Shown in pieces: positions 8,757-18,593 of a DNA stretch of 64,000 bases. The translations under genes were made by a program, and so were the position numbers. The stretch lies in the IMG/VR virus record IMGVR_UViG_3300028676_000003, positions 304,550 through 368,549 of that record; one strand, written 5' to 3'. Positions within the stretch are counted from its first letter, which is position 1; each line of letters opens with the position of its first letter. Under the pieces are notes generated by a model. That model saw only the letters and a list, made by a program, of their open reading frames with translations, had not been told where the DNA came from and ran no database searches.

Positions 8757-9271
8757 TGATAAAAATTATCGTGGCGGCATCGTCAAACCTAGTAATCGGT
8801 AAAGAGAATGATTTACCGTGGAATCTTCCAACAGATATGAAACACTTTAAAACGGTTACATCGGGCCATACGGTCCTAATGGGTCGTAAGTGTTGGGAAA
8901 GCATTCCAGCAAAATATCGTCCATTACCTAACAGAAAAAACATCGTTCTTACACGAAATACAGAGTATGTTGCTGAGGGAGCGCAAGTTGCGCATAACTT
9001 ACAAGATGTTCTTAAAAAGTATAAGAATTCAGATGAAACCCTTTTTGTTATTGGTGGAGCAGAAATCTATGATGAGTCATTTGAAATGGCTGATTATATG
9101 TTCTTCACACACATCTTCAATGAAGTGGATGGAGATATCAAATTAAATAAGTTAGATTTCCAAGATTGGGAAATGACAGATATAGACGATTTAGTAGAGG
9201 AAAACGGACTAAAATTTAGAATTGAATTTTATCAGAAAAAAAATCTGAAATCCGCTTGCAACCAAAGATAA
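8756..9271 (+). CDS. folA: dihydrofolate reductase
   Basis: VIGKENDLPWNLPTDMKHFK, VLMGRKCWESI, RPLPNRKNIVLT, FVIGGAEIY. Confidence 0.95.
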   Translation: MIKIIVAASSNLVIGKENDLPWNLPTDMKHFKTVTSGHTVLMGRKCWESIPAKYRPLPNRKNIVLTRNTEYVAEGAQVAHNLQDVLKKYKNSDETLFVIGGAEIYDESFEMADYMFFTHIFNEVDGDIKLNKLDFQDWEMTDIDDLVEENGLKFRIEFYQKKNLKSACNQR

Positions 9272-9278
9272 TAAATCG

Positions 9279-9286
9279 TACTTTTG
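9279..9286 (+). promoter_or_regulatory. Bacteroidota -7 box TACTTTTG
   Basis: TTGC at 9256. Confidence 0.7.
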
Positions 9287-9302
9287 TGTAATAGAAATTT
9301 AA

Positions 9303-9875
9303 ATGGCTAAAGAACGTAAAAGAGTCGAACCAAAGGTTGTTGAACAGCCTAAATCTAGAGCTAAGGAAAGAATCGTCCCAATTGAGACACCAAAAGCTGA
9401 ACCTAGAAAAAGGACCAAGATAGAACCGATTGAAGAAGTGATTCCAATCATTGAGGAAGAACCTATCAAACCTGAACCAAAGAAGAGGGTTAGAAAAGCA
9501 CCTGAACCAAAGCCTGAGCCTGTTAAAGAGGTTAAGCCTATTGTAAAGAAAGCTCCTAAGCCAGTGGTTAAGAAGGTTGAAGTTGTTGCTCCTGTGAAGA
9601 AGTTGACAAAGAAACAAATTGAAAAACAAATCGAGCAAGAAAAGGTTGACGTAAGCGTTCCTCAAGTAGCTCCTAAACGAAGTGATAATTTCATTATGGA
9701 TTCAACACCAAGTACCAAACGTTCGGAAGACAAATATCTAAGGATAGCAACAAATGCTCCTATGGATGAAAGAAAATTAATGTCAGATAAGGTAGCCAAA
9801 AATGAGGTAAGCCTTTCACATTATGCAATAGATGGTGAACTAGGATTTCACTATTATTTAGTAATTAAAAAATAA
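9303..9875 (+). CDS. protein with Pro/Lys/Glu-rich disordered N-terminus
   Basis: EPK/KPV low-complexity repeats, small C-terminal domain. Confidence 0.65.
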   Translation: MAKERKRVEPKVVEQPKSRAKERIVPIETPKAEPRKRTKIEPIEEVIPIIEEEPIKPEPKKRVRKAPEPKPEPVKEVKPIVKKAPKPVVKKVEVVAPVKKLTKKQIEKQIEQEKVDVSVPQVAPKRSDNFIMDSTPSTKRSEDKYLRIATNAPMDERKLMSDKVAKNEVSLSHYAIDGELGFHYYLVIKK

Positions 9876-9882
9876 AAACAAA

Positions 9883-10290
9883 ATGGGCTTAAAAGAGCAA
9901 CTTAATGCTGATTTTATTACAGCATTTAAACAAGGAGAAGCGGGAAGAGCAAAAAAGAACTTTTTAGGACTTCTTAAAGGAGAAATTCAAAACGAAGAAA
10001 CAAGAAACGGTGCAATAGTCGATTCTGATGAATTGGTTATGAGCGTTCTTAAAAGAATGGAAAAGTCTCTTAAGTTAGCTGATACTGCTCAAAATACAGA
10101 AGAATTAGGTTTCTTAGGCGCATACTTGCCAACAATGAAAACTGAAGCTGAATTGACTGAGATTATCTTGGAATACAAAGCTAGTGGTATAACAAACGTT
10201 GGTCAACTTATGGGTAAAATCAACAAAGATTACGAATGGGTGATTGATAACACAATTGTTATTAGAATTGCCCCACAACTTTTAAAATAA
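9883..10290 (+). CDS. GatB/YqeY-domain protein
   Basis: LKEQLNAD...A.K, LKGEIQNEE, E...L..YLP. Confidence 0.75.
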   Translation: MGLKEQLNADFITAFKQGEAGRAKKNFLGLLKGEIQNEETRNGAIVDSDELVMSVLKRMEKSLKLADTAQNTEELGFLGAYLPTMKTEAELTEIILEYKASGITNVGQLMGKINKDYEWVIDNTIVIRIAPQLLK

Positions 10291-10291
10291 A

Positions 10292-10882
10292 ATGAGAATA
10301 AAATTAGACCATCAAAACATTTGGTTCGCTTCAGACTTTCACTTTTGTCACGCTAATGTGATTAAATACGATGGGAGACCTTTCGAGAATGTTGAAGAAA
10401 TGAACCAAACCTTGATTGACAATTGGAACTCTAAGGTTAAAGATAATGATATAGTCTTCTATTTGGGAGACTTATCATTTGACCGAGATGGAGTTCGCAC
10501 ACAAGAGATTATCAAACAATTAAAAGGTAAGATTCACTTTATACTTGGGAACCATGATGATGAAAGAGTTATCCGTAAGATGGGTAGATTCGAGTCAGTT
10601 AGTGACTACATCAACTTAAGTGTTAAAGACGATGAAAACCCTAGAAAAAGACAAGACATAATGATGATGCACTACGCAATCCTTTCTTGGGATAAAGCAC
10701 ATCACGGAGCATGGCACTTACACGGCCACTCACACCAAAGTCTTGTAAAACAAACGCCTGAATACTACAAACGTAAGGTTTTGGATATGGGTTGTAACGG
10801 ATGGGATTATTCACCAGTTAGTTACGCTGAAATCAAAAAAATAATGGCTACGAAAGAAATTGAAAGCGTAGACCATCACTAA
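10292..10882 (+). CDS. calcineurin-like metallophosphoesterase
   Basis: SDFHFCH, LGDLS, LGNHD, HLHGHSH. Confidence 0.9.
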   Translation: MRIKLDHQNIWFASDFHFCHANVIKYDGRPFENVEEMNQTLIDNWNSKVKDNDIVFYLGDLSFDRDGVRTQEIIKQLKGKIHFILGNHDDERVIRKMGRFESVSDYINLSVKDDENPRKRQDIMMMHYAILSWDKAHHGAWHLHGHSHQSLVKQTPEYYKRKVLDMGCNGWDYSPVSYAEIKKIMATKEIESVDHH

Positions 10883-10902
10883 AAAACACAATAATTAAAT
10901 AT

Positions 10903-12318
10903 ATGAGTAAAGGCGAAAAAAAGAGTATTTCTATTGGAACGGAAACTGAAGGAGAAAAACTTAGACGATTACTAGGAATTACAGCTCCTAGCGAAAAGGT
11001 ATCAGCAACAAAAGGTATGAAAAATAAAATTCTACAAGAATTAATTCATGTTGATAAATTTTCAGTTGATGGTTTACCTGCACATATCCAATTGGATATT
11101 GATGAGGCGATAGTTTATGATGCAGAAGATGATGAAGAACCATATTTGGTTAACTCTTATTCAGAAGAAATCAGTTTTATCGAGTTTGCAATCATCAACG
11201 GATTCTTCCACGATGCTTACAAAAGAAAAACAAAAGAAATCAGAGTAACTGGTTACGGAACTACTGATAACATTGGTAGAATCGATTTCGGTGGTGGGTT
11301 TGATGTAACAAATTCATATTGGTTTAATGCGGTAATCGAAGGAGACGATAATGAATACTTCTTTCAAACAAAGATGTATATCGACGGCCGTGGAGACTTA
11401 AATAACCAATTCCACATCACTGCGAAAAAAGGTGTAAATCATCCTGATATGGTTGATTTGATGAAAAAAATGAAGATTGTTGCATTCAACAATTCTGAGT
11501 ACAAAGGACAATGTATCAAAGTTAAATTGAGAGAGGGTCGTTTTAAAGCAATCGAAATCATTGATATCGGAGAAGCTGGAAATGAGTTAATCTTGAATGC
11601 TACTCAAAGAAAATACGTTGATAGTTTTATCAATCGTGTTGGTAGAGGTAACTCAGCGAGATACTTGTTTAATGGTGAGCCTGGGACGGGGAAGACAGAA
11701 AGCATCCGTGAGATTGCAAGAAGTCTTATTCCTAATGTAACATTCATTATTCCTGACTTTGCTACATCACAAGACTTAACAAGCATCATGGAAGCTTGCG
11801 AAATTTTCGAAAATTCTGTAATCATCATGGATGATATTGACTTGTACTTAGGTTCAAGAGATAACGGAAGCTACACACGCTTACTTGGTGAGTTCTTATC
11901 ATTCTTCGATGGTGTTAAGAAACGTAAAATCAGCCTTTTAGCATCTACAAATGATAAAGGACTTGTTGATAAAGCGGCCGAGAGACCAGGACGTTTCAAC
12001 TTCACCCTTGATTTCACATTCCTTGATGAAGCGCAAATCGAGAAGGTTTGTAACATTCACTTGGATGAAAAATGGAGAGTTCAAGAAGTATACGATGCCC
12101 TTAGCGGAACCATCAACGGTAAAAAAGCTAAGATTACTGGTGCATTCATTGCTAACCTTGCTGATAACATCCGTGAAATGTCAGAAGATGATGAGAATTG
12201 GGATATCGAAGATACTGTGTCATTGATTACAGAATCTTATAAAGGTTTCTATTCAAGTCAGCTTGAAAAAGAGAAGAGTAACTTAGGGTTTTCACCCCAA
12301 AACTCAGGCTTAAGATAA
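10903..12318 (+). CDS. AAA+ ATPase
   Basis: GEPGTGKT, IIMDDID, STN, ERPGRF. Confidence 0.9.
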   Translation: MSKGEKKSISIGTETEGEKLRRLLGITAPSEKVSATKGMKNKILQELIHVDKFSVDGLPAHIQLDIDEAIVYDAEDDEEPYLVNSYSEEISFIEFAIINGFFHDAYKRKTKEIRVTGYGTTDNIGRIDFGGGFDVTNSYWFNAVIEGDDNEYFFQTKMYIDGRGDLNNQFHITAKKGVNHPDMVDLMKKMKIVAFNNSEYKGQCIKVKLREGRFKAIEIIDIGEAGNELILNATQRKYVDSFINRVGRGNSARYLFNGEPGTGKTESIREIARSLIPNVTFIIPDFATSQDLTSIMEACEIFENSVIIMDDIDLYLGSRDNGSYTRLLGEFLSFFDGVKKRKISLLASTNDKGLVDKAAERPGRFNFTLDFTFLDEAQIEKVCNIHLDEKWRVQEVYDALSGTINGKKAKITGAFIANLADNIREMSEDDENWDIEDTVSLITESYKGFYSSQLEKEKSNLGFSPQNSGLR

Positions 12319-12332
12319 AATGTTAAAAAAAG

Positions 12333-12366
12333 AATCCCGATAATTTGTTTTATCGGGATTTTTTTT
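12333..12366 (+). terminator. intrinsic terminator overlapping next promoter
   Basis: 11-bp stem AATCCCGATAA/TTATCGGGATT plus T-run. Confidence 0.8.
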
Positions 12367-12367
12367 A

Positions 12368-12375
12368 TACCTTTG
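12368..12375 (+). promoter_or_regulatory. Bacteroidota -7 box TACCTTTG
   Basis: TTG in terminator loop upstream. Confidence 0.7.
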
Positions 12376-12405
12376 CTCTATAATATTAACAAAACATATA
12401 AAAAA

Positions 12406-13422
12406 ATGGAAATTAAAACAGAACATAATCCTAAAGATTTTCAAGTTGGAGCGTTGGTTGGACGCTTTCACGTAGATGAATTACACATTGGTCACAGAGA
12501 ACTTATTGACCATGTTATCCAAAACCATAAAAAAGTAATTCTATTCTTAGGAGTTGCTAAAACAGTAGGTAGAAAAAATCCATTGGATTATGCCACTCGT
12601 AAAGCTATGATTCAGTTGGAATATCCTGATATCGTTATTCTTCCACTTGAAGATAAACGTTACAATACTGCTTGGGCCAGCAACTTAGACCATGCATTAA
12701 GCATTCCTTTCGGTGAGAAAAAAGCTCTTATTTATGGTAGCCGTGACTCATTCATTCCATCTTACAAAGAAGGAAAAGGTAGAAATAAAACCGTTGAATT
12801 AGAGCCAAGTGTTGACTATTCAGGAACTGCTGTAAGAGAAAAAATTGCTAGTGAAATAATTAATCATCCATTTTTTAGAGCTGGAATTATTTATTCAGTT
12901 TATGGTGAAAGAGCCAAAACGTTTCCAACAGTAGATATTTGTGCTTACAATGAGCAAGGACAAATCCTTTTGGCTAAGAAGCCTGATGAGAAGCTTTGGA
13001 GATTTGTTGGTGGATTCGTTGATAGAAATGATGGTTCTTATGAAATTGCCGCTAAACGTGAATTCTACGAGGAAACTGGTGGTGATGCCCGTTTAGGGGA
13101 AAAATTAAAATATATTTGCAGTCAAAGCGTTGATGATTGGAGATACCGTGATACAGAAAATGGAATCATGACAACTCTTTTCTTAGGTAGATATGCATTT
13201 GGACAAGCAGTTGCTTCAGATGATTTAGCAAATGGTGGTGACCTTCAATGGGTTGATATCAAAGATTTTAGTAATTTCGATGGAATTAGAACTAAAGTGA
13301 TGCCTGAACACAGAGACCTTATGACCAAATTGATTGATGCTGTTTACGAAGAAGGACTTATTCCAAACATTGGAACTAGACTTCCTGAAAGAGAAGGAAA
13401 TATCACGTATACTCAAGAGTAA
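12406..13422 (+). CDS. nadM: bifunctional NMN adenylyltransferase / ADP-ribose Nudix hydrolase (NadM-Nudix, NatV-like)
   Basis: GRFHVDELHIGH (HxGH), KNPL, YGSRDSF, SGT; Nudix box GGFVD.....AAKREFYEETG. Confidence 0.9.
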   Translation: MEIKTEHNPKDFQVGALVGRFHVDELHIGHRELIDHVIQNHKKVILFLGVAKTVGRKNPLDYATRKAMIQLEYPDIVILPLEDKRYNTAWASNLDHALSIPFGEKKALIYGSRDSFIPSYKEGKGRNKTVELEPSVDYSGTAVREKIASEIINHPFFRAGIIYSVYGERAKTFPTVDICAYNEQGQILLAKKPDEKLWRFVGGFVDRNDGSYEIAAKREFYEETGGDARLGEKLKYICSQSVDDWRYRDTENGIMTTLFLGRYAFGQAVASDDLANGGDLQWVDIKDFSNFDGIRTKVMPEHRDLMTKLIDAVYEEGLIPNIGTRLPEREGNITYTQE

Positions 13423-13446
13423 ATATAAACCAACTAAAAGAATCAT

Positions 13447-14064
13447 ATGAAAGTATTAGAATTACTTGGGATTAACCCAACAAAAGGAGAATTGGTTACA
13501 CTTACTGGTAAAACAGGACATGGAAGAACAAGTATGTTAGTTAAGATTGCTTGCGACTTGGCTAACGAAGGTAAGAGTGTATTGTTTATCAGCGATGAAT
13601 TAGCAATTCATCAAATAGCTGAAAAATGTACTCCATTATTAAAAATCGAGAACCCTAGATTTAAAGCTGTTAGAAGTGATTATCCAGTTGAAATTATTAC
13701 TGATTACTTCGCAGAAGAACAAGACATTGATGTTGTAGTTCTTGATGGTTACTTCGGTAACAAGACCAATTTCAGAGTTCTAGCGCAAAAACACGATACA
13801 TTAATCATAAATACAATTCAAATGAATAAAAGCGGATTTGTTACTGGAGATACAAGACCAATGATGACTTCTGATTGTGTAATTTCGGTTACAAGAATCA
13901 ATGGTAGCTTGACTTTATTGGATAAATTGAAAAATTTCTTCTTGTTTTGGAAACCTAAAAAAGTGGCTCCAAATACACAGTTGGCTTTGATTAAAAACCG
14001 TCATGGTAAACAAACGAAAACCGATATCAACTTCGATTTTCAAAGTTTACAAATAAAAAAGTAA
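13447..14064 (+). CDS. RecA/DnaB-like P-loop domain with degenerate Walker A
   Basis: GKTGHGRTS, LFISDE, VVVLDG, SD.VI, LIKNRHG. Confidence 0.6.
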   Translation: MKVLELLGINPTKGELVTLTGKTGHGRTSMLVKIACDLANEGKSVLFISDELAIHQIAEKCTPLLKIENPRFKAVRSDYPVEIITDYFAEEQDIDVVVLDGYFGNKTNFRVLAQKHDTLIINTIQMNKSGFVTGDTRPMMTSDCVISVTRINGSLTLLDKLKNFFLFWKPKKVAPNTQLALIKNRHGKQTKTDINFDFQSLQIKK

Positions 14065-14094
14065 AAAAAGCTTGTACGGTAAGATATTTTGTTG

Positions 14095-14102
14095 TACCTT
14101 TG
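14095..14102 (+). promoter_or_regulatory. Bacteroidota -7 box TACCTTTG
   Basis: CTTGT upstream. Confidence 0.7.
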
Positions 14103-14120
14103 TCATCTAAATAAAAAGAA

Positions 14121-14753
14121 ATGGACGAACATATTACTAGATTAGTTGACGTGATGGACACCATCAAACATGATGAAGTCACAATCCTAACTGGCCGAAA
14201 TGCTGGTGGGAAATCACTTATCAGAAAACAACTTGTTTTCCGTATTGCCAAAGCCCTAGATAAAGAACCTAAAAATGTCTTTATCCCAAGTGCTTCACAA
14301 GAGCTAAGAACCAAGTCACAGCCAAGTATGGGAGCATTGTCTTCTATTGGTCATGACTTAGAGTGGTTAGCTACTTCTGATAGTACTGTTCACAGCTTGG
14401 AGCAAGTATTCAAGTACCATACTGAAAAGGCAGACTATGTTATCATAGATGAACCTGAAATTGGTATTGGTGAAGAATTGCAATTAGGTATTGCTGATTA
14501 CCTTAATGAGGAAATCGCTAAGTTAAAAGCAATGGGTAAGGGTTGTTTGATTATCTGCCATAGCAGACTTATTGCTAAGAATGTAGTCCATGATACTTTC
14601 ATTAACTTGGAAGGTATGACTGAAGAGGAATGGTTAAATCGTGTTCCTCAAAAGATTTCAGTTGAAGATTTTAAAGCGTTTGCTACGGGATTATTCTCAG
14701 CAATCGGAGACAGAGAAAGAGAAAATAAAGAAAAACAAAAAGAACAAAACTAA
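14121..14753 (+). CDS. ABC-type ATPase domain protein
   Basis: GRNAGGKS, IIDEPEIG, IICHS. Confidence 0.75.
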   Translation: MDEHITRLVDVMDTIKHDEVTILTGRNAGGKSLIRKQLVFRIAKALDKEPKNVFIPSASQELRTKSQPSMGALSSIGHDLEWLATSDSTVHSLEQVFKYHTEKADYVIIDEPEIGIGEELQLGIADYLNEEIAKLKAMGKGCLIICHSRLIAKNVVHDTFINLEGMTEEEWLNRVPQKISVEDFKAFATGLFSAIGDRERENKEKQKEQN

Positions 14754-14754
14754 T

Positions 14755-16338
14755 ATGAGCGGACAAAGAAACCTTGCTAGAAGATTAGAAAGAGCTATCA
14801 ACACTGGGAATATGGATGCTATTAAAGCAATGCAAACTCACTTGTTGAAGGTCCTTGTAAAACCACAAAACCTTATCCTAGCCTCAGATGGTTATAAATA
14901 CTCACACCACAGATTCTATGGTGCTGAAATGACCAAAATGATTTCGTATTGCGAATCAAGAGGTGGGAAATTCTCAGAGACCGTATTCTACGGCCTACAA
15001 ATATTCCTTAAACAATACTTAGAAGGAATCGCTATCACAACAGAAGAAATTGACCAAGCACAAGAAATCCTTGGTAGTCAATTAGGTATCTTCGGCCGTG
15101 ATGATGTATTCGACAGAAGCAAATTTGACTATATCGTTGAAAAACACGGTGGTAAGCTTCCAATCGCTATAAAAGCTGTTCCTGAAGGAACGGTTGTAAA
15201 TACCAAAAATGTATTATTCGTTATTGAGAGTCTTGACGATAATTGTGCATGGTTAACCAATTTCTTAGAAAGCCTTTTGCTTCAAGTTTGGTACCCAATT
15301 ACGGTTGCTACACTTTCAAGAGAAGTGAAAAAAATCGTATTGAAAGCGTTCAATAAATGCACATCTTATGATGAAGCAACTATTGATTTCCTTGTTCAAT
15401 TCGTATTAAACGACTTCGGATTCCGTGGAACGTCAAGCGTTCAGTCTGCCAGTGTTGGTGGTTCTGCTCACTTGGTTAACTTTAGAGGTTCTGATACCGT
15501 TGTTGCTAGTGACTTGATTAGAGAAATGTACAATACCAATACCGTTTACGGCTTAAGTATTCCTGCTACAGAACACTCTATTATGACACTTAAAGGTGAA
15601 GAAGGAGAGCTTGATATGATGAGAAGAGTACTTACAACATTCCCTACAGGACTTGTTGCTTGCGTATCTGATTCATACAATATCTTTAGAGCATGTTCTC
15701 AGTATTGGGGTCAAGACTTGATTGATTTAATCTTGAGCAGACCTGCGACACCTGGAAACCAACTAGTTATCCGTCCTGATTCAGGTCACGTAATCAGAAC
15801 ACTTAAGGAAATCTTTAGTATCTTGTTTGACAAGTTCGGTTATACAGTAAATGAAAAAGGTTACAAGGTATTGCCACCACAAGTACGTGTAATTCAAGGT
15901 GATGGTGTTAACTTAAACTCAATCATTGAAATTTACCAAATGCTTGAAGACGAAAAGATTTCTCCTGAGAACTTAGCGTTAGGTATGGGTGGTAAATTGC
16001 TTCAAGCTGATATCGATAGAGATACACAAAACTTTGCTACAAAGGCTTGTTCTGCTATCGTTGACGGTAAAAAGGTTGATATTATCAAGTCACCAACAGA
16101 AATGGATGCTGATGGTAACATCAGTCAATCATTCAAAAAATCTAAAAAAGGTGAACTTAAATTGGTCTTAAATGACGATGGAAGAACATACAGAACAGTA
16201 ACGTCATTAGACGCTGAGTATGACCACGTTAAAGATGAATTGGTTCCAGTTTTCAGAATGGGTGAAATCCTTGTTGACTATGGATTTGAAGAAATCCGTG
16301 AGAGAGCAAGGGTAAAAGACTACGAATTGGTAGCATAA
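14755..16338 (+). CDS. nadV: nicotinamide phosphoribosyltransferase (NAMPT/NadV)
   Basis: SDGYKYSH, LNDFGFRG, SIPATEHS, VSDSY, VIRPDSG, IQGDG, GMGGKLLQ, KKSKKG; start ATG 14755. Confidence 0.92.
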   Translation: MSGQRNLARRLERAINTGNMDAIKAMQTHLLKVLVKPQNLILASDGYKYSHHRFYGAEMTKMISYCESRGGKFSETVFYGLQIFLKQYLEGIAITTEEIDQAQEILGSQLGIFGRDDVFDRSKFDYIVEKHGGKLPIAIKAVPEGTVVNTKNVLFVIESLDDNCAWLTNFLESLLLQVWYPITVATLSREVKKIVLKAFNKCTSYDEATIDFLVQFVLNDFGFRGTSSVQSASVGGSAHLVNFRGSDTVVASDLIREMYNTNTVYGLSIPATEHSIMTLKGEEGELDMMRRVLTTFPTGLVACVSDSYNIFRACSQYWGQDLIDLILSRPATPGNQLVIRPDSGHVIRTLKEIFSILFDKFGYTVNEKGYKVLPPQVRVIQGDGVNLNSIIEIYQMLEDEKISPENLALGMGGKLLQADIDRDTQNFATKACSAIVDGKKVDIIKSPTEMDADGNISQSFKKSKKGELKLVLNDDGRTYRTVTSLDAEYDHVKDELVPVFRMGEILVDYGFEEIRERARVKDYELVA

Positions 16339-16541
16339 TGAAAGTCGGTGAATCAACCAAGGTTTTGATTAGACTAGCATTGTTCAATACTAGGGTATTA
16401 AGGAATTATAACGACCTTAAGGTTTATTTCATACAATGCCCTAGACTAGAACAACTCTATCTAAATGAATTAACTGAGGTCATGAATGTTGTAACAGGAG
16501 TTGATTTTTCAATTGATGAAATTTTATATGAAACTAGGTAA
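16338..16541 (+). CDS. MxLG-family micro-protein (MKVGE)
   Basis: coupled to nadV. Confidence 0.55.
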   Translation: MKVGESTKVLIRLALFNTRVLRNYNDLKVYFIQCPRLEQLYLNELTEVMNVVTGVDFSIDEILYETR

Positions 16542-16737
16542 ACAAATTAGTTGGAACAACCTTCTTAGTCATGGTAGTGTTTTCAGTTTTAAATACTCAA
16601 CGAGAGATGCTGAAGGTTATATCGCTGACTATTGGCGGTCCTGTGCTAAAAACAAGATTTATCTTGTTGAATTACCTGAAACTGATGTAGTTACAATATC
16701 TATTGAAACTTTTTTTGAAAAAAATTTGGTAGATTAA
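16528..16737 (+). CDS. MxLG-family micro-protein (MKLGK)
   Basis: ATGAAACTAGGTAAA start, overlaps upstream stop. Confidence 0.6.
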   Translation: MKLGKQISWNNLLSHGSVFSFKYSTRDAEGYIADYWRSCAKNKIYLVELPETDVVTISIETFFEKNLVD

Positions 16738-16748
16738 AAAATTATTTG

Positions 16749-16756
16749 TACCTTTG
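16749..16756 (+). promoter_or_regulatory. Bacteroidota -7 box TACCTTTG
   Basis: upstream AAAATTTGGTAGATTA (16721-16736) identical to 62962-62977. Confidence 0.75.
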
Positions 16757-16814
16757 TACCTGTAATTAAAAATATAAACTCTTGGGCGAGACATAAAACC
16801 CAAATCTTAAAATT

Positions 16815-17717
16815 ATGAAGAAAATACTCTTTTTACTAGCAGTATTCACTGCGTTATTCACGTCATGTTCGACGGATGATGAAAACACATCAAGTGTTAA
16901 AACGGCAAGTGTAGCTTTGACAACTGAAACAGCTTCAGTAACAGGAAAACAAGTTAAAAAACCTGCAAGCATTCCTGCTTGGGTTGATGGGTTTTCTGTA
17001 AAAGCTAAATCAAATGTATACGCAAACTATGAAGTTTCGGATAACTATACATTTGACCAACAAAATGGTGCGACAAATATCATCTTGGACAACGTAGCAT
17101 TAGGAAGCAATACATTCACAGCTTCAACTACAACAAATTCAGCGCAATTTTATCAATTGACAAATTACACTGCAAGTGGAAATTCATTAGATGCTAAATT
17201 CTTAGCAGGATTAAACAACATTAAAGCAGACAATCCTTATGTAATCTACACAGGTCTTGTTCCAAATGCAAATGTTACTGATTCTAATGTTAATTTGGTT
17301 ACAATTCCAATGACTACAGTTTACGGTCGTATCTTATCAGTGTTTCAATTGAATCAAGCTCTTAAAAATGCAGGTTACCAAGCTAAGGTTACTGTAACTA
17401 TCACAAGTCCAGTTGCTGGTTCTAACTCAGCGTTAGATGCTACAACTAAAAATGACGAATTAGTTACATTCAAATGGAGCAATTTAAAATCTGTTGCAGG
17501 TGCCAAGGTAACTTACAAGGTTGAAGTATCTAAGATTAATTCTCAAAGTACAATTGTAAAAACTTACACATTGACTCAAGATATCTTAGCTTCTAAATCA
17601 ATCTCTTGTTACTACACTATTACAGACGATGGTATTGTGTTGAAAAATCCAAACCAAGGTTTAAGCTTAAGCTTCCAAGATTGGGAAGAAGTTAATTGTA
17701 ATGATTGCAATAACTAA
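16815..17717 (+). CDS. lipoprotein, probably surface-exposed, beta-rich
   Basis: signal peptide II LFTSC followed by acidic STDDE. Confidence 0.8.
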   Translation: MKKILFLLAVFTALFTSCSTDDENTSSVKTASVALTTETASVTGKQVKKPASIPAWVDGFSVKAKSNVYANYEVSDNYTFDQQNGATNIILDNVALGSNTFTASTTTNSAQFYQLTNYTASGNSLDAKFLAGLNNIKADNPYVIYTGLVPNANVTDSNVNLVTIPMTTVYGRILSVFQLNQALKNAGYQAKVTVTITSPVAGSNSALDATTKNDELVTFKWSNLKSVAGAKVTYKVEVSKINSQSTIVKTYTLTQDILASKSISCYYTITDDGIVLKNPNQGLSLSFQDWEEVNCNDCNN

Positions 17718-17738
17718 GTAAAAAAGAAGAAATAATCA

Positions 17739-17772
17739 AAAACCCTTATCTTTAATAGGTAAGGGTTTTTTT
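17739..17772 (+). terminator. intrinsic terminator
   Basis: AAAACCCTTA/TAAGGGTTTT stem plus T-run. Confidence 0.75.
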
Positions 17773-17783
17773 AAAACTACCAA

Positions 17784-18383
17784 ATGAAAAAATTACTATT
17801 ATTTTTCGCAGTGTTGTTTTCAGTTGCGTCATTCGCACAGGGTCCTGAGTTCGAAATTTATACAGGAATCGTAAACCCTAGAGCTGATAATACAACCCTT
17901 GGATATATGATTGGTCTTAATACAACACCACACTTATATCAAGTAGACAAAAACAATCCAAAAAAACAACGTGAGTACTTGAACAAGTACCTTATTGGAT
18001 TTGAATTCTCAGGTTACCAAACTAAGCCTGTAACAACTACCGTAGTAGGTCAAACACCTACGGCTCCTGTAACTGATTGTCAGTGTACCACAACACCAAT
18101 CGGTGGATTAGAGACTGACGGTACATACGTTTCAAAACAAGATATAACAGCCTTATCGCTGAATTTTGGAGTTGAAATATATAAAGGATGGTTTCTATTA
18201 GGTGGTGTTTCAAGCTATAAGCACAGAGACATTCTAAACAATGAAACACTAGACACTTACCGTAACACTTACATTGATGCAGGAGTAAAGAAATTCTTCC
18301 ATGTAGGACGAGTATTCTTATCACCAACATTTAAATTCAATCCTGAAGTAACAAGTTTCGGAATTGGATTCTCATACTTTTAA
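17784..18383 (+). CDS. outer-membrane beta-barrel-like protein
   Basis: signal peptide ...SFA/Q, alternating amphipathic strands, C-terminal GIGFSYF. Confidence 0.7.
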   Translation: MKKLLLFFAVLFSVASFAQGPEFEIYTGIVNPRADNTTLGYMIGLNTTPHLYQVDKNNPKKQREYLNKYLIGFEFSGYQTKPVTTTVVGQTPTAPVTDCQCTTTPIGGLETDGTYVSKQDITALSLNFGVEIYKGWFLLGGVSSYKHRDILNNETLDTYRNTYIDAGVKKFFHVGRVFLSPTFKFNPEVTSFGIGFSYF

Positions 18384-18385
18384 AT

Positions 18386-18583
18386 ATGAAGCTAGGAAAA
18401 CATATTGATTGGTTTTATTTCGAAGATTCTCTATTTAAAAGTCACTTCACACCTAGGCGTGAGGTATTAGATAGAGTAATGGAATATGTTAATAATAAAG
18501 ACCGTATGTCTACTCAAAGAAGACTAATGCTTGATATGGATTCTTGGCTTGATAATGAGTTTGAGTTAACCTTTAAAATATAA
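18386..18583 (+). CDS. MxLG-family micro-protein (MKLGK)
   Basis: ATGAAGCTAGGAAAA. Confidence 0.6.
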   Translation: MKLGKHIDWFYFEDSLFKSHFTPRREVLDRVMEYVNNKDRMSTQRRLMLDMDSWLDNEFELTFKI

Positions 18584-18593
18584 ATAAAAAACT

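Noticed and set aside
9303-9700. Tandem DNA repeat
   Set aside because: Only low-complexity P/K/E coding sequence with no exact repeat unit.
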